Source: a virus
Strand: one strand, 5' to 3'
Length of the DNA: 64,000 nucleotides
Virus record (IMG/VR): IMGVR_UViG_3300027777_000001
Span: 10,080-74,079 of that record
This document shows, in pieces, positions 9,974-19,929 of the stretch. Under the pieces are notes generated by a model. That model ran no database searches. It was not told the origin of the DNA and worked only from the letters and a program-made list of their open reading frames with translations. Position 1 is the first letter of the stretch. Each line of letters starts with the position of its first letter. Position numbers and translations under genes: made by a program.

Positions 9974-12157
9974 CTAGCGCTTGGAAAGCGCCTTCATGGT
10001 TGTCATCATGATGGTTCCGATGATCTCTGCTTCAGGTAACTTGTCAGGGATCTTGTCGTTCAGTGCCATCACTCGAGTGCGAATCTCTTCATGGTCATAG
10101 TTGTCATCGACCAAGATCAAAGCAAAACGCAGCAACATATTGTTACGATTCCCATCGCCAATGTTGTTGATGACCCAACGCTCCAAGTTATCCATGGATT
10201 GCTGAGAGTCGTATTTAGCCTTGTATTCCTCATTTCTTGAAGTCTTAGGAATGAAGGGCAGGGCATCTAACACTTCACCATCGTTGTACTCATAGCTCCC
10301 GTTATGGGCGAGCCACTTGCGAGAACGCTGGTTGGTGGCAGTGTCTACAGCGAACGGCAACCATTGGTAGATATGCGTCATAAAACTCTTATAGTCCTTA
10401 GCATCAAGGGCTAGTTTGTAGTTAATTGGCATAATGATTCTGAATCGGTTTTCCTGATCCGTGTGACGCTTGGTGGTATGGAGTAAGAATTTGTAATCCT
10501 TGAGAGTCTCCTTAGCGGCTTTTATACTGACGCTTCCTTCTACGTCTAAGACCACCAAGTTAAATCCTGGGATTGCATTCTCTTCATTCCTGTACCCACC
10601 CGTTAGATGGTGAGATACCCAATGCAAGCCTTGGTGTTGGGTCAACACATGGAGCTGATCAAAGGGTGCGTACTCTGCACAGTAATCAGTAGTGATATCT
10701 GTGGAGTAACCCACAACCATCTTATTAATATCAGTCTCTTTGAGAGTCTCGCCACGAAAGAACTCGATTCCATCAGAGATTGTTTTCTTGATGATGATGT
10801 TGTTCCGGTAGCCATGAGAAATAGCTAAGGACATCATCTCAGCTCTAGCAGGGGCTGTCCCTTTATAGAAGGGCAAGTCTTCCACTAAATCTGCTTGGGT
10901 TGCATCACAACGAATGTTGGCTAAATGCTTAGCCAGTTTCATATGATTACGATCCCGAGTGAGCATCTTGTTAAAGGCTTCACCAGATTCTTCAGCCAAC
11001 TTGATTGCGTTATGGATATGGTCTGGTGTGACCGAAGGAGATTCATCTACAAAGGCATAGGCTCCTGCAAGCTTTAAGACTTTGAAATAGCGATGATAAA
11101 GTTCATGGGCATGAGACTCTTGGTTGTCGCTGTACTCTGCAGATTCCCGTTCACATTTTTGCTTGTATTCAATCAACAAGATACTAGTCTCTCTCGAGAT
11201 AGTCAGGTTGCGATACATATGGATTGGATCAGCAAGGTTTTCAAATATCTCAGAAATTTGATCAATGAGTGCATCATTCGCTGGGCTAGTTTGACGATCG
11301 TAGACTTCCTCAGGCGTGAGTTGATTTTGTGAATCAATACGTGGCGAGGAGCCAAAGAAACACCGTCTTGCATAGCCTGTATCTAATAGTGAGACAAAGC
11401 CTTCCTCAGTCTTACCACCATCAAACAATCGATTAGGTACACCAAACAACAACATATTGGTAGGCGTACGATCTGCGATCTCTTCGTTCCGAGATTTGAC
11501 TGCTGTTTCTAAGCGCAACCTTGGATCCATTAAACCAAGGTCATAGAGCTCTAAGAAAGAGGCCATGGCTTCGGTTTCATTAAGAAGGTGCGAACCAATC
11601 TCATCAATCTGTAGATTGACTGAACCCGCTTTAGCCATTAACAAGATGTGACGCATCTGGTCAATACCTGCACCCGTTGCTTTGTTAAAGCTAAATAGAA
11701 ACTTACCGCAGGCTTTGTATTCAGCCTGTACTTTCAGAAGGGAATCGTCAAAATCAATTCCATCTCTTGCAGCACGATACAAAGCGAGCTTGTTAAGATT
11801 GGCTTCTGCTACTTGGGGTAGGGTTTTTTCTAAGAAGCGAGTTTTAAACTTACCCAAAATATCATTCTTCATAATATTGCAGGACTTGGTTTTCCCCGTA
11901 CCTGAGGGGCCAAGAGCTAAGGCAAACATACTGACGGGAAGATCTCCATTACCTTTGGTGGCAATGTTGATTCGCATCTGTGCTGCTGCCATACAGAAGA
12001 AATACCCAACAATGACTCGAAAGAATAATCGGTTTGGATTATCCGTCTTGTCGCATAGCAAGGTAACTAACTTCTCAGCCATGGGATGAAAGGTCATCTG
12101 ATCAGGCGGCAGTAACATCGGAATGCGTGGTGCTACAGGTGCAAGGTTAGGTAGCAT
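9974..12157 (-). CDS. DNA primase / Dns protein (N4 gp43-like)
   Basis: 727 aa, P-loop GPSGTGKT, C-terminal PriCT-like GNRNNMLLRFA; synteny. Confidence 0.85.
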   Translation of the reverse strand: MLPNLAPVAPRIPMLLPPDQMTFHPMAEKLVTLLCDKTDNPNRLFFRVIVGYFFCMAAAQMRINIATKGNGDLPVSMFALALGPSGTGKTKSCNIMKNDILGKFKTRFLEKTLPQVAEANLNKLALYRAARDGIDFDDSLLKVQAEYKACGKFLFSFNKATGAGIDQMRHILLMAKAGSVNLQIDEIGSHLLNETEAMASFLELYDLGLMDPRLRLETAVKSRNEEIADRTPTNMLLFGVPNRLFDGGKTEEGFVSLLDTGYARRCFFGSSPRIDSQNQLTPEEVYDRQTSPANDALIDQISEIFENLADPIHMYRNLTISRETSILLIEYKQKCERESAEYSDNQESHAHELYHRYFKVLKLAGAYAFVDESPSVTPDHIHNAIKLAEESGEAFNKMLTRDRNHMKLAKHLANIRCDATQADLVEDLPFYKGTAPARAEMMSLAISHGYRNNIIIKKTISDGIEFFRGETLKETDINKMVVGYSTDITTDYCAEYAPFDQLHVLTQHQGLHWVSHHLTGGYRNEENAIPGFNLVVLDVEGSVSIKAAKETLKDYKFLLHTTKRHTDQENRFRIIMPINYKLALDAKDYKSFMTHIYQWLPFAVDTATNQRSRKWLAHNGSYEYNDGEVLDALPFIPKTSRNEEYKAKYDSQQSMDNLERWVINNIGDGNRNNMLLRFALILVDDNYDHEEIRTRVMALNDKIPDKLPEAEIIGTIMMTTMKALSKR

Positions 12158-12166
12158 TAAAGCTCC

Positions 12167-13150
12167 TTATAGAATGAGATCACCCTGAGCAATCAGGGCA
12201 TCTTTTTGTGTACATACAGGGAAGGCTTGGCAATACTTGCAAGCCGTGACTTGACCAGGGACTTCTTTAACAATGCCCACACTTTTGTCTTCGATGTACA
12301 TGAGCATGGCATCTTGGTAAGAAGTGAAATTTTTAGTGCTGCGAGTAGTCTTTGCTGGATTCTTGTAATACTTAAATACAGCTTCGCTTCGCCACAGATC
12401 TTCATCTGAGCACTGAGGAATCTCATCCTCATCAGCATCCCAATATTGTTCAATCTTGTGGAGCTTGCCTCGCACAAATGCGTCTGTTTCACTAACAGTC
12501 TTTAAATCTAAGACTCGAGTGAGGATGTCATTTTGTGGGTAGGTTGGATCAGCCTTGGCTTTATGGGGTTCCCAGTTTTTAAATAGGAACTGAATCGCCA
12601 TCTGATCTTCGGTAATGATGTCTGGCCTGAGCCAACGATAGATACTTCCTTGCAGGATGTAATTCGTATCGTTCGTATGTTTCATTGCAGTGTAGGTTTT
12701 GGTAGATTTGAAATCCTCTACTCGTCCATCACCTACGAAGTCAAACTTACCTGATACGGTATATTTGCCGACTTGTTTATGTCCCCGTTGCTCGAGATAC
12801 ACAGGGATACAACCCTCAAAGAGATCATCATTACTTGGATTGATACGGACTCGATCAATTACCTTTAAGGGGAATCCTAGAGACTGCATCGCTGAGTGAT
12901 GGTTGGTTAGCCAAGCACGCTCAATAGCGTCATGGATCGCTGAGCCAATGCGAGATGGTGCCATGCGTCTAAGATCCACAATCGAATCTGTAACAGGAAC
13001 TCGAGCACCTAGGATGATCTGACGTAAGGGTTTGATGAGGGTGGTAGCCGAGATCGTATTAGGATCTGGGTTGTAGTCATAGTTATCTGTGGCAAGGAAT
13101 ACCGCTAGTGATAGCGGCACCTCACTCACATTGGAGTAAAGCTGGGTCAT
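12167..13150 (-). CDS. PD-(D/E)XK exonuclease (N4 gp42-like)
   Basis: GSAIH, SGKFD...EDFKST, Q..IY and C-terminal CKYC...C. Confidence 0.85.
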   Translation of the reverse strand: MTQLYSNVSEVPLSLAVFLATDNYDYNPDPNTISATTLIKPLRQIILGARVPVTDSIVDLRRMAPSRIGSAIHDAIERAWLTNHHSAMQSLGFPLKVIDRVRINPSNDDLFEGCIPVYLEQRGHKQVGKYTVSGKFDFVGDGRVEDFKSTKTYTAMKHTNDTNYILQGSIYRWLRPDIITEDQMAIQFLFKNWEPHKAKADPTYPQNDILTRVLDLKTVSETDAFVRGKLHKIEQYWDADEDEIPQCSDEDLWRSEAVFKYYKNPAKTTRSTKNFTSYQDAMLMYIEDKSVGIVKEVPGQVTACKYCQAFPVCTQKDALIAQGDLIL

Positions 13151-13509
13151 TGGGTGTCCTTGCGTTGACTGTCATTGAGGTGAAGCCAACGGGTTAACGA
13201 ATCCCGAGCTTCTTTGATATTTGTGTAGGTGGATTGCCCAACAGTAAGGACTCCGGATAAAAGGAGTAATTTGCTGGCGTGGTGTAAGCAGCCTGAAAAA
13301 TCTTGGATTTGAAATAAGTGATGTACGGCGAATACATCTACTTCTGTCATATCCCCCACATCCCTGTAATAGGCTGGGTAGCGTGCTGAAAGACTTCGCT
13401 CTGAGAGCGTTTCATCTGCGTTAGCAGTGTTCTCTAGGCAGGTAGTGCAGAAGTCATTGGGTGGTGTTACAGGTGTAGTACAACCCATCGATTTGCATCT
13501 GGTGGTCAT
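13147..13509 (-). CDS. Hypothetical protein with N-terminal Cys cluster
   Basis: Probable start MTTRC; YYRDV..VDVF...F motif; the longer ORF call overlaps nrdA. Confidence 0.6.
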   Translation of the reverse strand: MTTRCKSMGCTTPVTPPNDFCTTCLENTANADETLSERSLSARYPAYYRDVGDMTEVDVFAVHHLFQIQDFSGCLHHASKLLLLSGVLTVGQSTYTNIKEARDSLTRWLHLNDSQRKDTQ

Positions 13510-13604
13510 TAGTGTCCCGGCGTCTTGGACGCTGTGTGGAGAGATCAGAATCGACCTCTCCCTTTGTTGTGCATACAAGCTCACGGAGTGAGCCTGTTTA
13601 CTAA

Positions 13605-15332
13605 CTATGCTGCACAAGCAATGCATTCATCTTTAACTACCACCCCGCTTCGGGAATAGATGTAATACTGACTCAAACAGTTTGGATCTAATAGAACAAG
13701 CGTCATTAGCTCGGCAATCAGATCCTCGCTTCCATCCTCAGGCACATAGAAATTCAGTGACTGACCTTGGCAGGTATGGAGTTGGCGTTGGGATGCATGG
13801 CGTAGAAGAATCTTTTGATCCATCTCGAATGCATTTAGAAAGACTAGTTTCTCTTCAGCGTTAAGCCAGAGAACGTGCTGCACACTTCCCAAGTGATCGA
13901 TGATGTCTTGGATCGTGGCTTCGTTATAAACACCCTTGGTTTTCATCAGCTCATAAATGATGGGGGTGATTCGACGAAGCTCTCCAACTGAGGAGCCTGC
14001 ATCAAAGACCATACCGGGGTCTGGGAACCACGATTCACTCACACCACCCATAAGTAGGGCTGTGGTCTTGGTCGGTGCATAGGCGGTTCTATGGGTGTTC
14101 CTGACCCCATAACCCACGCACCATTCAGGCTCACCATGAAATCTGGCTAACCATTCACTAGCCTCAAGAGATTGAGTTTGAATATGTCGAGCCATCTCGG
14201 TAGACAAGAACTGGGCTTCTAGTCCGATGTAAGGTATGCCCTTGGCTTGGAGGTAGGTATGAAAACCCATTGCTCCTAGACCCACTGCACGACCTTTGAT
14301 GGTGAACTCTCGAACCTTCTCCATGCCAGGGATATTTGCACTGGCTTGGATAAACTCTGAGCATAGGCAGTCTAGGAAGACCGTTGCTATAAACACAGAG
14401 TCTGTCTTTTTAATCCTGTCCCAATGCACTAGGTTCAGTGAGGACAGGATGCAAGAGTAAGTAAGCTCTTCGCTCGAGTGAAGCATGATCTCAGTACACA
14501 GGTTCGTAGCAACAATCTCTAAGCCATGGTCTTTGTACATCTGAGGACGATGACGGTTAGCCTTGTCTACGCAGAAGATATAACCCTTGCCTGTGATGAG
14601 CTTGACGTAGAGAGCCTTGGTGAATCGCTCCCGTGCTTCTGGATCATCGGCTAAGAGACGTTCGATAAACGTGTCTCGAACCACCCAGCCATAGTTACGA
14701 CCATTGGGTTCAGCCACAAGTTTATCGATAGCTTCATGCCAGTCAGGGTGTTCAATGTCTAGGTAAGCTGCGAAGCTTCCACGACGATTCCCACCTTGGC
14801 TGATCTTGCTGGCGCAGGTAAAGAAGTCTTCGATAACTTCTACAGGGCCATTAGCAAAGCCACCATGACTAATAGGAGTGCCCCTAGCTCGAATGGAGGA
14901 GAACTCTCCACTGGTTCCAAACGCTTGCTTAGATAGGAGCGCAGTCTCACGTAGGTTTGAATAAAAAGAGTCAACATCGTCTTCTACCTTTTGTCCAGAA
15001 CATGAAACCATGAGGCCTCGAGTGGTGCCTGTGTTAGACAGTGCTGGTGAAGCTGGAGATAAGACCCCATCCCAGAGCTCACGAAAGAATCTCCCTTCCC
15101 AGAGTTCTTCCTCACCCACCATATGGCGAGCCAGAGTCTTAGCAATAGTCTGGTGTCGGCCTTTGACTGCGGCCTCACCAACGACTGCGTACTTACTCTT
15201 AAACATCTGCCAGCCTTGGGTTGAATACCAGAGAGGTAAGTCACCCTTGGCTTGTAGTTCTTTACGTTCAATGCTTAGTCGTTCAAACTTATGAAGTGTT
15301 GCGGGATCTAGCCCTGTTGGATCAAATGACAT
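13605..15332 (-). CDS. nrdA: Ribonucleotide reductase class I alpha subunit
   Basis: SPASP, VSCS, NLCTEI, APT, YY and C-terminal CxxC. Confidence 0.92.
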   Translation of the reverse strand: MSFDPTGLDPATLHKFERLSIERKELQAKGDLPLWYSTQGWQMFKSKYAVVGEAAVKGRHQTIAKTLARHMVGEEELWEGRFFRELWDGVLSPASPALSNTGTTRGLMVSCSGQKVEDDVDSFYSNLRETALLSKQAFGTSGEFSSIRARGTPISHGGFANGPVEVIEDFFTCASKISQGGNRRGSFAAYLDIEHPDWHEAIDKLVAEPNGRNYGWVVRDTFIERLLADDPEARERFTKALYVKLITGKGYIFCVDKANRHRPQMYKDHGLEIVATNLCTEIMLHSSEELTYSCILSSLNLVHWDRIKKTDSVFIATVFLDCLCSEFIQASANIPGMEKVREFTIKGRAVGLGAMGFHTYLQAKGIPYIGLEAQFLSTEMARHIQTQSLEASEWLARFHGEPEWCVGYGVRNTHRTAYAPTKTTALLMGGVSESWFPDPGMVFDAGSSVGELRRITPIIYELMKTKGVYNEATIQDIIDHLGSVQHVLWLNAEEKLVFLNAFEMDQKILLRHASQRQLHTCQGQSLNFYVPEDGSEDLIAELMTLVLLDPNCLSQYYIYSRSGVVVKDECIACAA

Positions 15333-16344
15333 CAGCGAGTTCCTTCCTGAAAGTTAGACGGTGCTTAGCCCAATTACGGCTGTACTGAAGTTGGGTGGCT
15401 GCAAAGAAGTCTGGGACTTTCACAGAAGACAGTTGTTGGTAGAACCAGTTGGAGATGACACCATTGGTGTGATCAAACATAGGTGGCATCTCTAAGCGAC
15501 CCAAGACCACATTGATTCGATCCTCTAAGAAGTGGTTGAGTTCTTCCTTAGTCACGACTCGATTACCTGGGATCTCAAAGAGCAGATCATTGATTCGACG
15601 TTCATGGTCAGTCACGGTCTGAGCCATTTCCCAGATCTTGTCGTTCAGTAAGACGTTATCTAGAAGGCTGTGATTACCCTCTGACTTACGCTCAGCTTTG
15701 CACTGGCGATGCAGGTTGGCAGAAGCGATGGAATGAAAGTTCTCATCCTTAGCTGAGCCATCGATTCCAGCTACAAAGTGAGGGATCAGGTTGAACCCTC
15801 GACTGTTGAAACCTTTGAAGTATCCAAAGGCTGTGAACAACACAGCACCTTCAAGGAAGGCTAGAGCTGCTGTGACTTCTAATGGATTGTTACTTCCAGC
15901 AAAGCTCTTAATGAAGTCAATCCGATCTGAAAGGATTGGGTCTTTTTTCCATTGGGTGTAGAACTCATCGGTAGCGTTACCCATGACTTCATTGCCCAAG
16001 TTATAGAAAGGAGCGTGGCTGCCCAACTCTACGTTTGCAAAGCACGCACACATCCTTTGGATCTCTGGACGAGGAAAGAGTCGGGCAATCCTGTTACCCC
16101 ACATCTCTTCGCCACCGATCATCAGCTCATATTGGGTTAGAACAGATTGAGCTGTTAATACCCCATGACGCTCAGATTCGTTTAGCCCTACACGAAAGTC
16201 CTGCTCATCGTCCTCGACACCTAACTCCTCAGCAGGCCAGAAGATGGCTTGTTGGGAGATTGCCATTTCAGTAGCCCACGGGTATCGGGCAACATAAGAA
16301 TCTGTGGGAGATTCTATTTGGCTTGGATAGATTGTTTTATTCAT
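15322..16344 (-). CDS. nrdB: Ribonucleotide reductase class I beta subunit
   Basis: FWPAEE, E..H..FY, LEG..LF, DENFH, DFF...Y motifs. Confidence 0.92.
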   Translation of the reverse strand: MNKTIYPSQIESPTDSYVARYPWATEMAISQQAIFWPAEELGVEDDEQDFRVGLNESERHGVLTAQSVLTQYELMIGGEEMWGNRIARLFPRPEIQRMCACFANVELGSHAPFYNLGNEVMGNATDEFYTQWKKDPILSDRIDFIKSFAGSNNPLEVTAALAFLEGAVLFTAFGYFKGFNSRGFNLIPHFVAGIDGSAKDENFHSIASANLHRQCKAERKSEGNHSLLDNVLLNDKIWEMAQTVTDHERRINDLLFEIPGNRVVTKEELNHFLEDRINVVLGRLEMPPMFDHTNGVISNWFYQQLSSVKVPDFFAATQLQYSRNWAKHRLTFRKELADVI

Positions 16345-16374
16345 ACTGCTCCTTTAGATTATTGGGTTTATTTA

Positions 16375-17112
16375 TTAATACTGTCCCTGAGTGAGGGCGT
16401 GCCAACTCACGGGATATAAAGGAGCAATAATCTCGCCTACTGAATAGGCAAGTTCTTGAATCTCTCTTTGAGCGTGGGAGTCAGTACGTTGATTAAAGAA
16501 ATTAGCAAATGCGTACAGAGAACCAGTCCAGAGCCAATTAACTTCCGTACCTTGAGGTAGGATTAATCTGGCTTGTTCTGGACAAATACCGTCTAGGATC
16601 ATTTGGCTATATAGAATCAAACTGGTTTCACAATGAGATTCATACATTTTTAAATGCCAATCACTTTGAGGGTGTATACCTGCGCTACCTTGTTTAACTG
16701 ACTCGGCAGCTTGTCGAAAATGGGTAGGAATATATATCTCTGGAGTCGAGGAAATATACCTACGACTTTCCTCAGATTCCACAAAGCCAATCTTGTGTTT
16801 AAAGGCTTGTCTAGCTATGGGAACAGGGGCTTGCATACGGATGGAGATGTGTGGATGCCCGAATGGAACCCAGTGTTCTGGGATCGATCTGAGGTACACA
16901 GCGAGCTTTCTAGCCTCGCCTTGATCATCGGTATTAACCATTTGATCAATTAATCCTTCCCAATCACCTGAAGCCATCCCTCTGGCTAGGAATCGGATTA
17001 AGTTGTTATTCTGTTTTTCTGTGAAGTTCTCAGCTAGATTAGCGAAGCTTTGCCTAGCAAAGTTAGCGACGTCGGAGTCGCTGAGATAATGATTTTGATA
17101 CGTTGCTTTCAT
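16375..17112 (-). CDS. thyX: Flavin-dependent thymidylate synthase
   Basis: HWVPF, ARQAFKH, ESRRY, PEQARLILP, HAQREI. Confidence 0.93.
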   Translation of the reverse strand: MKATYQNHYLSDSDVANFARQSFANLAENFTEKQNNNLIRFLARGMASGDWEGLIDQMVNTDDQGEARKLAVYLRSIPEHWVPFGHPHISIRMQAPVPIARQAFKHKIGFVESEESRRYISSTPEIYIPTHFRQAAESVKQGSAGIHPQSDWHLKMYESHCETSLILYSQMILDGICPEQARLILPQGTEVNWLWTGSLYAFANFFNQRTDSHAQREIQELAYSVGEIIAPLYPVSWHALTQGQY

Positions 17113-17229
17113 GGAATTTGCTCTTGAAGATAATGCTTTGGATTATTATCGAGCGAGGTTTATTGTATATCTATTAATATAAACAGATATACTCTATTAA
17201 TCGCACAAAGCGTTCGCGGAGCGAAGCTA

Positions 17230-18825
17230 ATGATTAGTCAGGGCATGGTTTGTGGTACAGGTTTAAGTAATCAACCTAAACCCGGAGACCCTAGTAATTA
17301 TTCAATTCTGAGAGCCAGTCCCACATTTGGTGGGATTCATGTCTCTTGGACATTCCCTTTGCTTAATCCATTTGCAGTCGCTCATACCCTGTTATATCGG
17401 GGAACGAACGCTGACTTTAATAATGCAGCTGAATTATCTGTAGTCGCTGGAAGTTCTTATTTAGATCAATTCTCTGGTGGGGATCCAGTTCTTTATTATT
17501 ATTGGATTAAGTTTGTCTCAGTCAATGGAACCTATGGGGATGTAATAGGCCCAGCCTCTTGTTGGGCTAATCCCACGGTCGATAGCATTATGGAGTTACT
17601 CACCGATAGGATTGATAACGGAGTCTTAGCTCGGGCTTTAAAGGGTGAAATCGAACGCATTACATTCCTAGCTGATGGGTTGACGCAAGAGGTTACCTAC
17701 CGTCAAGAAGAGGATGCAACGCTTGCTCACGCCTATAACGGGCTTCAAGCCAGCTTTGATCAGACTGTGTCTTTGGTACTCACTGAGACCAATCTAAGGT
17801 CTACAGCAGATAGTTCCTTGGCTCAGCAGATCACCACAGTTCAATCTCAATTGGGGGATAACTTAGCCAGTGTTCAGCAATTGATGCAGACCAATGTTCA
17901 AGTGATCAACGGGAAGCTTGTTTCCATCGGTGCTCTCTATACGGTCAAGCTTTCGGTTAATGGTTTGGTAGGTGGGTTTGGAGCCTATAACGATGGACGG
18001 ACTGTTGAGGCTGGATTTGATGTAGATCTGTTCTGGATTGGTCGAACACAGGCTGATAAACGTAAGCCTTTTATTATTAATGATGGTATTGTTTATATTG
18101 ATAATGCCATGATTCATCAGCTAACGGCTGACAAGATTGATACCCGTAACCTCACGGTTAAAGATAATTCAGGCAATGTCATCCTTGGTTCTGGGATTTC
18201 ACTCAATCCTACTTACGCTGCTGATGGAACTCGCAATTCCGATTTGACCTCCAGTATTGCTAGTGCAGCACAACGAGCAATCTGGGCAAATGTATCGGGA
18301 GCTAATCGCCCTGAAGATAATGCAACATGGGGGGCTGACTTCGATAGGAATATGAAGGGCAAGATCCATGCTGGCAATATCTGGACGTATATAGATGCTG
18401 CAGTCATTGGTGGAGCGTTTATTGGGGATGCTGCCATTTCCAATGCCAAGATTGGTAATGCCGAAATATCTACTCTCAAAATTCAAGGTAATGCAGTGAG
18501 TTTTGGTGCATCAATTGGTTTAGGTGGGGCGGCAGACTTCGGTACCTCTGTTGGAGGCACATTAGTAGTTATTGGTTATTCAGACGGATCTAACAGCGAA
18601 TCAAATCTAGTAATTAATACTGACGCTGGGGGAAAGGGGGTTGCTCCGGGTGCCCCTATTATAATTTTTTATGATGATGGGTACATTCATGGGCAATATG
18701 TTGATCATTGGGGGCCATGTACGTGTGTAGCCTCTTTTAATATGGGCCCTGGAAATCATCATATTGAATTTTCACAAGATAATAATAGAGGTGGGCAAGC
18801 AATGTGGATGTTCTTCCAACGATGA
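17230..18825 (+). CDS. Tail tip / host-specificity protein (J-like C-terminal domain)
   Basis: Fn3-like YYYWIKFV, coiled-coil middle, LYTVKL..NG..GGFG and IGxAxIxNAKI repeats. Confidence 0.7.
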   Translation: MISQGMVCGTGLSNQPKPGDPSNYSILRASPTFGGIHVSWTFPLLNPFAVAHTLLYRGTNADFNNAAELSVVAGSSYLDQFSGGDPVLYYYWIKFVSVNGTYGDVIGPASCWANPTVDSIMELLTDRIDNGVLARALKGEIERITFLADGLTQEVTYRQEEDATLAHAYNGLQASFDQTVSLVLTETNLRSTADSSLAQQITTVQSQLGDNLASVQQLMQTNVQVINGKLVSIGALYTVKLSVNGLVGGFGAYNDGRTVEAGFDVDLFWIGRTQADKRKPFIINDGIVYIDNAMIHQLTADKIDTRNLTVKDNSGNVILGSGISLNPTYAADGTRNSDLTSSIASAAQRAIWANVSGANRPEDNATWGADFDRNMKGKIHAGNIWTYIDAAVIGGAFIGDAAISNAKIGNAEISTLKIQGNAVSFGASIGLGGAADFGTSVGGTLVVIGYSDGSNSESNLVINTDAGGKGVAPGAPIIIFYDDGYIHGQYVDHWGPCTCVASFNMGPGNHHIEFSQDNNRGGQAMWMFFQR

Positions 18826-19202
18826 ATAGGTACATATCTTTCTACGACCCAACTGGCAAAATCACTGGTATGACTTGGGGAAGTGACTATGTCATGGATA
18901 TGCATGACAAGTTACAAGGAACTCGAGAAGGGCAGAAGCCCTACGTCTCAGGAGAATGGCAAGATAAGCCTGTGTATGTATTGAATGGAGAAGTTACAGA
19001 TCGACCTGTTAATCCAATGGTTGTTTCCAATCACTATCTATCGGGCATGGTTCATCCCTGTACGATTGCAATTAATGGTACGGAGTACCACTGTGACTCT
19101 TCTACAGCTGACTTAGAGTTATTTCACCCCGGTGTATATAAAGTAAAAGTCACTGCTTGGCCTTATTTAGATAGGGAGTTCACAATTGAAAATCCAGCAT
19201 AA
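18822..19202 (+). CDS. Tail-associated hypothetical protein
   Basis: ATGA overlap with upstream stop; C-terminal PGVYKVKVTAWPY. Confidence 0.6.
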   Translation: MNRYISFYDPTGKITGMTWGSDYVMDMHDKLQGTREGQKPYVSGEWQDKPVYVLNGEVTDRPVNPMVVSNHYLSGMVHPCTIAINGTEYHCDSSTADLELFHPGVYKVKVTAWPYLDREFTIENPA

Positions 19203-19374
19203 AGAAGATTATCGATTATTAAGGTCTCGTAAATATCCCAATATTGGTAATCAATTAGATGCTGTTTTAAAGCTTACTCTTAGTTTAAAAGAGCAGGGAA
19301 TTAGTATTCCTGTAGAAACCCAAGACTGGTTAAACCAGTGTTTATTAGTTAAATCTACCTACAAGAAAGATTAA
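19186..19374 (+). CDS. Small tail-associated protein
   Basis: R...YP.IG.QLD motif typical of small tail-fibre-associated proteins. Confidence 0.6.
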   Translation: MKIQHKEDYRLLRSRKYPNIGNQLDAVLKLTLSLKEQGISIPVETQDWLNQCLLVKSTYKKD

Positions 19375-19514
19375 TTAGATAATCCAAGTTTATTATTAAC
19401 TTGATTATCTAGGGATTATCTTGCTTAATCGTATAGAATAAGACTATTAGATTATAAAAATCTATTATTTTATTTAATGTAGGTCTCTTTACTGATATAT
19501 AAAAGGGGTTTGAT

Positions 19515-19910
19515 ATGGGTGCTTTTAGCAATTACATGGAAGAGAAGATTGTTGAGCATTTCCTGCGAAACAATGCAATCACTCCTCCCGTTACTGTGTA
19601 TATGGGTTTATTTGAATCCGATCCCGGTGAGGGTACTTCGGGTACTGAGACAGCATTCTCTGGTTATGCACGCCAATCTACCGCTTGGACTGCTCTGGAT
19701 GTATCAGGTCAGACTAAGAATGTCGCAGCCTTGACTTTCCCAGCCAATGGTAATGCTTCAGCTTCGGTCACGATCTCACACATGGCTTTGTTTGATGCGT
19801 CCACTGCGGGTAATCGATTGTTCTATGCAGCACTCTCTGCCCCTAAAACCTTGAGTCCAGGGGATGTGTTGTCGTTCGCAAGTAACGCCATTGTGTTTGG
19901 TTTGGATTAA
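19515..19910 (+). CDS. Virion structural protein (tail-fibre associated)
   Basis: SNY.E..., VY.GLF..DP, GYARQ, FDA.T.GN.L motifs. Confidence 0.75.
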   Translation: MGAFSNYMEEKIVEHFLRNNAITPPVTVYMGLFESDPGEGTSGTETAFSGYARQSTAWTALDVSGQTKNVAALTFPANGNASASVTISHMALFDASTAGNRLFYAALSAPKTLSPGDVLSFASNAIVFGLD

Positions 19911-19929
19911 TTCTCACACAGGCGCTTAA

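Noticed and set aside
12167-13150. Cas4 / CRISPR adaptation gene
   Set aside because: Matches the conserved N4 gp42-like nuclease position; no cas1/cas2 or array
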